Positions 29,663 to 36,178 of a DNA stretch of 45,929 bases are shown here, one piece after another. This DNA comes from a virus (Duplodnaviria; Caudoviricetes): positions 1 through 45,929 of the IMG/VR virus record IMGVR_UViG_3300020042_002159. The stretch is one strand, 5' to 3'. The translations under genes were made by a program, and so were the position numbers. The notes beneath the pieces are model-generated. The model was not told where the DNA came from. It made no database searches and was given only the letters and a program-made list of their open reading frames with translations. Position 1 is the first letter of the stretch. Every line of letters starts with the position of its first letter.

Positions 29663-30064
29663 TTAGCACTTGCCACCGTTCTTCATGGTAATCATCTTGC
29701 CTTTGGTTTTACCTTTAGACTCAATGCCGCCACCTTTAGCCATGAAAATAGGCACTTTTTTGCCGTCTTTCATTTTCATAGGCATGCCGCCTTTTTTCAT
29801 ACCCATACCACCCATACCGCCCATAGATGTATCAGCCATAGGCGTAGGACGCTTCATGCCGTCTTTAGCAGTGCTCATACCTTTTTTCATCACGGGTTTA
29901 CCCATACTTGTAGCCATATCACCACCTCTTTTAAAAGATTTGCCTTTATCGGCATTGTTGAACTCTTTACCCACGGACTGTGGGACTCCCGCCTTCTTAG
30001 CAAACGATGGATTGTTGGCCACCGCTGCCATGAAATTGTGTTGTTTCTTGCTTACGCTTGGCAT
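29663..30064 (-). CDS. Met/Lys/Gly-rich small protein with four xxxGG motifs
   Basis: 133 aa from the ATG at 30064; FKRGG, MKKGG, MAKGG, MKNGG, KGKTKGKM. Confidence 0.75.
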   Translation of the reverse strand: MPSVSKKQHNFMAAVANNPSFAKKAGVPQSVGKEFNNADKGKSFKRGGDMATSMGKPVMKKGMSTAKDGMKRPTPMADTSMGGMGGMGMKKGGMPMKMKDGKKVPIFMAKGGGIESKGKTKGKMITMKNGGKC

Positions 30065-30065
30065 A

Positions 30066-30254
30066 TTAGACCTTAATGATCCAGCCTTTGCCAATCACAA
30101 AGCCAACAACCAACATACCAATCCAGATCAAAGCTTTTTCTATAACGGTTTTACCAACCTTTTTATAGAACTCACCAGACATTTCTTCAATGGCTAGTTT
30201 TGCCGCTCTTCTGGCAATAGCTTCTTCACGATCTGTTAATTCAATTTCGTTCAT
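30066..30254 (-). CDS. Small membrane protein
   Basis: 62 aa with a C-terminal TM segment. Confidence 0.7.
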   Translation of the reverse strand: MNEIELTDREEAIARRAAKLAIEEMSGEFYKKVGKTVIEKALIWIGMLVVGFVIGKGWIIKV

Positions 30255-30255
30255 G

Positions 30256-30501
30256 TTAGCAATTCCAAGCCCTAAGAGCTTTGTTGATGCGTGAGTCCGG
30301 ATCTTTTGCCGTCTTCTCGCTTGTCAACTTCTTTTTCATGCCGCTCATCCTCGCACAAAAAGAGTCTCGCCGGGAGCCTCCTTCTGGCTGGGGACGTTTC
30401 AAGTTCATGCCTTGCGCTTTCGCAGAGGCTCGCCCTTTGGCGTTCAAGCCGCCCTCTGGGTTCTTCCCTTCTTTCCTCTGCCATGCTGGTGACTTAGCCA
30501 T
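30256..30501 (-). CDS. Small basic conserved phage protein
   Basis: 81 aa; GGLNAKGR, SFCARM, LRAWNC. Confidence 0.75.
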   Translation of the reverse strand: MAKSPAWQRKEGKNPEGGLNAKGRASAKAQGMNLKRPQPEGGSRRDSFCARMSGMKKKLTSEKTAKDPDSRINKALRAWNC

Positions 30502-30976
30502 AATAAATCGTTGCCGTTACGCTTGTTCCAAGGCCAACGTAAATACCGTTGGGGCAATAAATACCTTCACCGGGAATCCTAACTGGCAAACCTACCGTGC
30601 TAAATGTATCCAATTCCAACAACAAAGTTGTGTACATAGTCACATTGCCAGTTGCACTTGCAGTTGTAGAAGTTACAGTAAACACGTTTGCGTTTGTTAC
30701 CGTAACTGCATAAACGGCGTCCCGGCTTGCGCCAGAGGTCATGTCTAAAAACACACGTTGCCCATTGACTAAACCGTGGCCCGCAATCGTGACTGTGATT
30801 GTGGTTGTTGTTTGGCTATACGTACCTGACTTTTTAACTGTTGGATCAGCAACAGCCATATTACGTATTGAAGATGTGCCAGAAGTTACAGTAATGCCTT
30901 TTAACCGCGTAGCGTAACTTACCGCTGTGCCCGAGGCGCTTTGATGGACTGCTTTAACGTCATACTGCATTGTCAT
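30494..30976 (-). CDS. Virion structural protein (paralog of 30987..31475)
   Basis: MTMQYDVK...TRLKG...IPGEG...GIYV...YG. Confidence 0.75.
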   Translation of the reverse strand: MTMQYDVKAVHQSASGTAVSYATRLKGITVTSGTSSIRNMAVADPTVKKSGTYSQTTTTITVTIAGHGLVNGQRVFLDMTSGASRDAVYAVTVTNANVFTVTSTTASATGNVTMYTTLLLELDTFSTVGLPVRIPGEGIYCPNGIYVGLGTSVTATIYYG

Positions 30977-30986
30977 GGCTTACCCC

Positions 30987-31475
30987 TTATCCATAAAAAA
31001 TGGTTGAGGTTACGACACTTGCTGCGGGTAATCCCACATAAATACCATCTAAAGCCAAGACGCCTTCGCCCGGAATGAACGTATAAAACGAAGTGGCAGT
31101 TGAGCAATCAAGCTCAACCAAAATTTGGTTGTACACAGTTACATCACCAGAGGTAGTTAACGTCCCTGTTGTCACCGTGAAGGTATCTATTGTTACCGCT
31201 GTTACCACATACATATTGCTAACGCCATCACCATCAGCAAACTGTAGCCACACACGTGAACCCGCAGCAACCCCATGGCCTGCAATAGTCACCGTACAAA
31301 CTGTAGTCCCGGGGATGTCATACGTCCCAGACTGGGGGACATTATTTGCTATGGCTATGTTGTATGTAGTAGACGTTGTAGGAGATATTACGACCCCCTT
31401 CAAGCGGGTGCGATAAGGCACAGCTACCCCTGAGACACTGTTGTGATACGACTTTACGTCATATTGCATCGTCAT
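30987..31475 (-). CDS. Virion structural protein (paralog of 30494..30976)
   Basis: Same framework, with the same TVTIAGHG insert. Confidence 0.75.
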   Translation of the reverse strand: MTMQYDVKSYHNSVSGVAVPYRTRLKGVVISPTTSTTYNIAIANNVPQSGTYDIPGTTVCTVTIAGHGVAAGSRVWLQFADGDGVSNMYVVTAVTIDTFTVTTGTLTTSGDVTVYNQILVELDCSTATSFYTFIPGEGVLALDGIYVGLPAASVVTSTIFYG

Positions 31476-31629
31476 GTTGTTGCTCCGGTTCTGGTGCTTC
31501 TAGCCTGTTAATCAACATCTTGTACGCTTGGATTGTGGCTTGAGCCTGAGTCAAAAAGGTTTGGGCCTTCTGTGCTTCAGTCTCAAGTTCACGAATCTCA
31601 GTCTCCAAGAATTCCTTGGTGATCTGCAT
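31459..31629 (-). CDS. Small coiled-coil protein, 56 aa (not in the ORF track)
   Basis: Translated by hand: MQITKEFLETEIRELETEAQKAQTFLTQAQATIQAYKMLINRLEAPEPEQQHDDAI; starts 1 nt after the upstream stop. Confidence 0.7.
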   Translation of the reverse strand: MQITKEFLETEIRELETEAQKAQTFLTQAQATIQAYKMLINRLEAPEPEQQHDDAI

Positions 31630-31630
31630 A

Positions 31631-32209
31631 TTAGCTGTTTGTTGTAGTCAACATGATGTAGTACGCAGTACCTGCGCTGTCCACAATCTTCAATGAGTTT
31701 GTAGCTGCGCCTTGAGTATTGGCCGTAATCATGCCAGATGGAACATTAAACAAGTTAGCTACTGTGCCAGTGCCGCTGTTTGTGAAGCGGATGAACGAAG
31801 CATTTGTCCAAGTGCCGCCAGAGGCAAAGTTAGAGTCAGCTTGAATAGCTGCGATCGTGCCACCGGGGTTTGTAGATGTACCGCCCAAAGTAGCGCGAAG
31901 AGCGTTACCTGCGCCAGAGATAGTGCCAGAACCGTTGATGCTCAAGCTGATGTGAGCGCCGTTAACAGTACCGCCAGTAGCTGCGCCAGCGCCTGTGACT
32001 TGAGTCAAAGCACGGTAAGTTTCGCCAGAGCCAGTTGATGTAAAAGCCAAACGCTGATAAGACAGACGTGTATCGCCGGTAGCAGCGGATGTGGTGACGT
32101 AAGACTCGGATACGTTAGTAGCGGTAGTCTCAACGATGGGGGAAGAAGCTGTTCCGGTGATAAAGCCATTGTTAGATATGACTGGGCCGGAAAACGTGGT
32201 ATTTGCCAT
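31631..32209 (-). CDS. Probable capsid decoration/head fibre protein
   Basis: MANTTFSGPV N-terminus; Thr/Gly-rich; first gene after the capsid. Confidence 0.6.
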   Translation of the reverse strand: MANTTFSGPVISNNGFITGTASSPIVETTATNVSESYVTTSAATGDTRLSYQRLAFTSTGSGETYRALTQVTGAGAATGGTVNGAHISLSINGSGTISGAGNALRATLGGTSTNPGGTIAAIQADSNFASGGTWTNASFIRFTNSGTGTVANLFNVPSGMITANTQGAATNSLKIVDSAGTAYYIMLTTTNS

Positions 32210-32220
32210 GATGTGTCCTT

Positions 32221-32276
32221 ACATACAAGTAGAGTGCATTAGTCTGTATGTCGTCAGCCGGGACTGTCTAATGCAC
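32221..32276 (-). ncRNA. Structured RNA downstream of the major capsid gene (Mu-gpT-DE-like motif)
   Basis: 9-bp stem GUGCAUUAG/CUAAUGCAC; loop ACAUACAG can pair with downstream UUGUAUGU (pseudoknot) next to the AAGGA RBS; location matches the described Mu-gpT downstream element (not checked against Rfam). Confidence 0.6.
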
Positions 32277-32298
32277 CGGATAACCCCGGGTTAAAAGC

Positions 32299-32327
32299 AA
32301 TATACAACAAAAGAAAAGGGGGCGCAA
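32299..32327 (-). promoter_or_regulatory. Sigma70-like promoter overlapping the capsid terminator
   Basis: TTGCGC-17 nt-TATATT on the minus strand. Confidence 0.5.
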
Positions 32328-32337
32328 GGCCCCCTTT
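32309..32337 (-). terminator. Intrinsic terminator after the major capsid gene
   Basis: AAAGGGGG-CCTTGCG-CCCCCTTTTCTTTT, ~20 nt after the stop. Confidence 0.8.
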
Positions 32338-32357
32338 CAAATATTTCCTAAGAAATA

Positions 32358-33266
32358 TTAAGCGCCGGCGGAACCGTACATGCCCAATGGATCGCTCCAG
32401 CCAAAGCTGTAACGCTCACGAGACTTGTAACGCACGTTGCCTGTATCGAAGTCACCGTCCATGCTGTTCTGCAAGGGGGTACGAACGAAATGCTTCATGC
32501 CGTTAGGCACGTCTGTAGTCAAGAACCAAGCATTGGTGTCGGTCAAGAAGTGGTTAATTGTGTAGCCACCGGGGATTGAACCGTTGTTCTTCAATGCATT
32601 GATATCGTTGTCAGCAGTAGCGACGCGGAGTTCAGTCTCAAGCAAACGAGTTGCCGTGAACTGTAATGCAGATGGAACCACCAACTTATTGGGCTTAGCA
32701 GCAATCAGCAAACCACGCTCATCAGTCCAAGCAGCGATCTGAATAACAGCGTTTTCCAACGATGTTTCATTCAAGTCAGCAGGAGTAGATGGGATGTTGC
32801 TGTTAGTACCGCCGGAGACCAAGGGGTGTGCGCTGGAGAACAGAGCAACACCGTCACCACCAGCGTAAGCATTGCTGAAGCCGTTATTCAAAACAGCAGC
32901 AGCTTTAACTTGCTTGGTGTAAGCCATAGCACGAGCCAAACCTTTGGTGTAGCGAGCAGACAAGCTGTCGTACAAGTTATCTTCGATAGCTTCTTCAGTC
33001 AAGCTGAAGCCCAAAGCAATGGTTTCGTGGTTGTAACGAGCAGTCCATGCTTCTTGTGCATTGTCATAAGCGATGGCAGAACCCTCGTTTTTGACAGGAG
33101 CAGCTGAGAAACCAGACAGCTTTGTTTCTTCTTCAAATGAACGCTCAGAAGTTTCTGTTTCGTACAGTTCTTTGTGCTCTTCGCCGTAGCGAGCGTACTC
33201 TAAACCGAACAATGCGTTCAGACCTGGGAGCAACTCTTTAAGTAGTTGTGCGCGTGAAATAGCCAT
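32358..33266 (-). CDS. Major capsid protein (Mu gpT-like family)
   Basis: MAISRAQLLKELLPGLNALFG, SERSFEE, GDGVALFS..HP, RERYSFGWSD; strong AAGGAG RBS; follows scaffold and is followed by a terminator. Confidence 0.9.
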   Translation of the reverse strand: MAISRAQLLKELLPGLNALFGLEYARYGEEHKELYETETSERSFEEETKLSGFSAAPVKNEGSAIAYDNAQEAWTARYNHETIALGFSLTEEAIEDNLYDSLSARYTKGLARAMAYTKQVKAAAVLNNGFSNAYAGGDGVALFSSAHPLVSGGTNSNIPSTPADLNETSLENAVIQIAAWTDERGLLIAAKPNKLVVPSALQFTATRLLETELRVATADNDINALKNNGSIPGGYTINHFLTDTNAWFLTTDVPNGMKHFVRTPLQNSMDGDFDTGNVRYKSRERYSFGWSDPLGMYGSAGA

Positions 33267-33281
33267 GGTTTATGCTCCTTA

Positions 33282-34112
33282 TTAAGCTGTAGCAGTAGCT
33301 GCGTAATACTCGTGTTGACCGAAGTTCAACTTAACGAGCAACTCAGGATACTGTGCAAACACGATTGTCGAACTAGCCGCAAAAGCGTCTACCGGCGCAG
33401 CGTTCAAAATAAACGAAGTTGCGCCCGCATTAGCTGCGGTATCAACAAACGAACCAGAAGGAATGTACTGACCATTTGCAGCAATCGAACCTACATCTGT
33501 ACCAACAGGCAATGCAAAAGGCAAAGCTGAGCAGGTAATAGTAGCGCCGGAAGCACTGACATAGGTAGCATTTCCCAATGTCACCACGGTATCAGGCACT
33601 AGGCCCAAAACACGAATTGGTAACGCATCGGTAGTAGCAGGCGTATTGGTAGGGGCCAACAGCGCATTAGCAGAATTACCAGTGTTCTCATTACCCGTGT
33701 TGTCAATCATGGCCAAGTTTTGACCAATCATAGCGCGAGCGCCAGAAGCCATAACAACGCCAGAAGAACAGACGGCAGCTTTAAAGACAGTGTCAGGATC
33801 ATCACAAACGATCGCAACACAATCACCAGCAGTAGTGCCACCGGGCCAGTACTGAGCAAATTGTTTTTGCTTAGTCGTAGGGTTGGTGTAAGAGCAGCCC
33901 AAGAAAACACCTGTAACAGTGCCGAGGGTACCGGTAGAAACAGACAAACGCCCAATATTGCCACGAGACAATCCAACAATGTCGCCGTAGAAAATATCAG
34001 TCGCATATCCGTAAGGGATCGCATATTCACGAGTAGAACCCGCAAATACTTGACCGCCGATCAGGTTGATCGGCTTTAGGCCGTAGGGGGCCGCAACGAC
34101 GGGATAAGCCAT
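33282..34112 (-). CDS. Capsid cement/decoration protein
   Basis: PYGLKP, IFYGD.V, GVFLGC.Y, DDPD..F; directly upstream of the capsid gene. Confidence 0.6.
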   Translation of the reverse strand: MAYPVVAAPYGLKPINLIGGQVFAGSTREYAIPYGYATDIFYGDIVGLSRGNIGRLSVSTGTLGTVTGVFLGCSYTNPTTKQKQFAQYWPGGTTAGDCVAIVCDDPDTVFKAAVCSSGVVMASGARAMIGQNLAMIDNTGNENTGNSANALLAPTNTPATTDALPIRVLGLVPDTVVTLGNATYVSASGATITCSALPFALPVGTDVGSIAANGQYIPSGSFVDTAANAGATSFILNAAPVDAFAASSTIVFAQYPELLVKLNFGQHEYYAATATA

Positions 34113-34131
34113 AAAAGACTCCTATTTAAAT

Positions 34132-34581
34132 TTAAGTACCTTTACCAAAGCTCGTCGAAGATTTCCGCTCATTGAAGATTGGCATCCGCGCATCGCTTTG
34201 ACGCATTAAATTGTTATCTACAGCATCCGCCTGTGCTTGCGTCATATCAGCAAAGTGTTTTGTTCGCTGATCAACAAACTCAGAAGGAGTCTTGCAAAGT
34301 AACAATCCGCCAATCTCAATGCTGTCTTTAAAACGGCTATTGGGATCAACTAGCAGTTGAAATTTAGGTTGCTCTTCGACATTAACTACCTCCCAACCTT
34401 CGCGCAATTTAGCGGAGAGGTTACGAGGATCGGCTGCATTCAAAGTAGAGACCCGAATCCATCTGTACGCGTAGCCCGGAGTCTTATCTGGCTCCGGTAG
34501 AAGTTCCGCCTGCTGCCACTGCTTGGGGCGCTCTTGGGTAGTTCTATTTGTAATCTCGCGTTGTAATCTGCTTTCAGCCAT
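34132..34581 (-). CDS. Conserved head-region protein
   Basis: GYAYRWIR, REGWE, IGGLLLCK. Confidence 0.75.
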   Translation of the reverse strand: MAESRLQREITNRTTQERPKQWQQAELLPEPDKTPGYAYRWIRVSTLNAADPRNLSAKLREGWEVVNVEEQPKFQLLVDPNSRFKDSIEIGGLLLCKTPSEFVDQRTKHFADMTQAQADAVDNNLMRQSDARMPIFNERKSSTSFGKGT

Positions 34582-35556
34582 TTAGGCCTCCAATTTCATA
34601 AGTTCACGAGCATATTGCTCGTTGGTTAATCCAAACTTCTTTGCCAAGCCCACCTGCGTCTTAGAAAGAACTACTTTTTTAGGAGCAGTACTCCTCTTAG
34701 CTGGTGCGACCACCGTGCTTGGTTTTGTACGTTGAGGTTTATCTTCCTCTTCGTTGTAAGTAGTGCCAAATTCTTCTGGGAACCGGCGCTGAACTTCTTT
34801 ATCTATCGTTGCATAGTACTCATTCGTACCAATGAAACCTCGACCATATTTAGACTCTAAATCCTCGTGGACACCTTCAGCATATCTGCGCATAGATCGT
34901 TTATTCTGGTCAACGAACCATGGATTTTTTGCCACCCATGACGCAACTTTCGGGTCCATTTGAGGGTTTTGAGACCTCTGTGGTGTGAGTTGTACATCAT
35001 TTTCTTCATTTTGTACAGTAGGTCTGAAATTTTTTGCTTTATCAAGTTTAAGCTGAGCACGGATCATTTCCTGCTGAGCTTCAAGTAACTTGTCAGAATC
35101 ACCTGAATCGTAGGCTTCTTTGTAGTTGCGGCTAGCTTTATCAACTTCCATCTCAGCGGAGTTCTGATATGTAGAAATAAGCTCTTTTTCGCCTGATTGC
35201 AGGACGTTTTTAAGCTTACGGTTCTCGTCAAGAATACGCTGTGCAACGGCTAAAGACTCTTGTTGCTCACGTATTGCAGCCTCTTTCTCCCTACGCTCGT
35301 CGTGCCAAGCTTTCTTGTATTGCTTAAATTTAAGCTTTACGTTATGGGAGTAATCTTCAGAGTCGTCGGCTTTCTCCAAGTCCTCTTTAATAGCCTCTGG
35401 AAGAGGTTCTACAAACCGGTCTTCAGGGGGAGTATCGTCTTTTACATCTACTTTAATTTCAATGTCGTCGCCCTCAATAGAGATATCGAGGGTATCTTCG
35501 GGTTTACCCTTATCTTCTTCGTCAGGAAACTTATAACTGTCGTTAAATTTAGGCAT
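34582..35556 (-). CDS. Putative scaffolding protein
   Basis: Acidic N-terminus, long coiled coil, W..KNPWF, C-terminal LAKKFGL..EQYA; lies between portal and capsid. Confidence 0.7.
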   Translation of the reverse strand: MPKFNDSYKFPDEEDKGKPEDTLDISIEGDDIEIKVDVKDDTPPEDRFVEPLPEAIKEDLEKADDSEDYSHNVKLKFKQYKKAWHDERREKEAAIREQQESLAVAQRILDENRKLKNVLQSGEKELISTYQNSAEMEVDKASRNYKEAYDSGDSDKLLEAQQEMIRAQLKLDKAKNFRPTVQNEENDVQLTPQRSQNPQMDPKVASWVAKNPWFVDQNKRSMRRYAEGVHEDLESKYGRGFIGTNEYYATIDKEVQRRFPEEFGTTYNEEEDKPQRTKPSTVVAPAKRSTAPKKVVLSKTQVGLAKKFGLTNEQYARELMKLEA

Positions 35557-35565
35557 GTGCGCTCC

Positions 35566-35985
35566 TTATTTGCGTTTTATGCCGCGTGGATCGTCAACAA
35601 TACCTTCTACAGTATCGTCGTTGATGATGCGGAACTCTCTACCGTGGATGACTAGTCGTGAGCCAGCGTAGGGCCGGACCAAAACAAAGTCGCCTTGTTT
35701 ACACCAAGGTCCCGTTGGGAACTTTGTTGTATCTTTGTAACAGTCTGGGCCAAGCTCAACTACAAACAAGACCGTTGTGAGGGTCTCTTCGTTGCGCATG
35801 GTTTCGTCTGCTTTCATCAAACCAATCTCGCTCTCTTCAAACTGCTTCTCCGCCTCAGGAATTGCGCACAGAATGCGGTAGCCTGATGGTTTAGGTAGCT
35901 GTTTTGCTTTCTCTTCCGCTTTTTTGTGCATTAGTGCTGATAGATCAACAACCTTGCTCAAATCTAGCGTAGGTAAATCACTCAT
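35566..35985 (-). CDS. groES: GroES/Cpn10-like co-chaperonin
   Basis: P.GYRIL, V.ELGP, GDFVL, YAG, G.EFRIINDD.V.GIV. Confidence 0.85.
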   Translation of the reverse strand: MSDLPTLDLSKVVDLSALMHKKAEEKAKQLPKPSGYRILCAIPEAEKQFEESEIGLMKADETMRNEETLTTVLFVVELGPDCYKDTTKFPTGPWCKQGDFVLVRPYAGSRLVIHGREFRIINDDTVEGIVDDPRGIKRK

Positions 35986-36178
35986 CCGAGTTCTCCAAGT
36001 TTTTTGTCAGGTCTGCAATGTTTCTGCGAGCTGTGAGTAGACCTGTGATAACCCCACATTTATTGCAGTACTCCTCGTAAGACTTAGCAGATTTGGCTCC
36101 TAAGTCTTCCTCGATTTGTTTGATGTTTGCATCAATTTGCTGGATCAAAAGATCCAACGCTTGCCTAGTTTGGTACAT
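35978..36178 (-). CDS. Small helical protein
   Basis: 66 aa; GGAGG RBS; SYEEY...G.I.GL. Confidence 0.75.
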   Translation of the reverse strand: MYQTRQALDLLIQQIDANIKQIEEDLGAKSAKSYEEYCNKCGVITGLLTARRNIADLTKNLENSDE

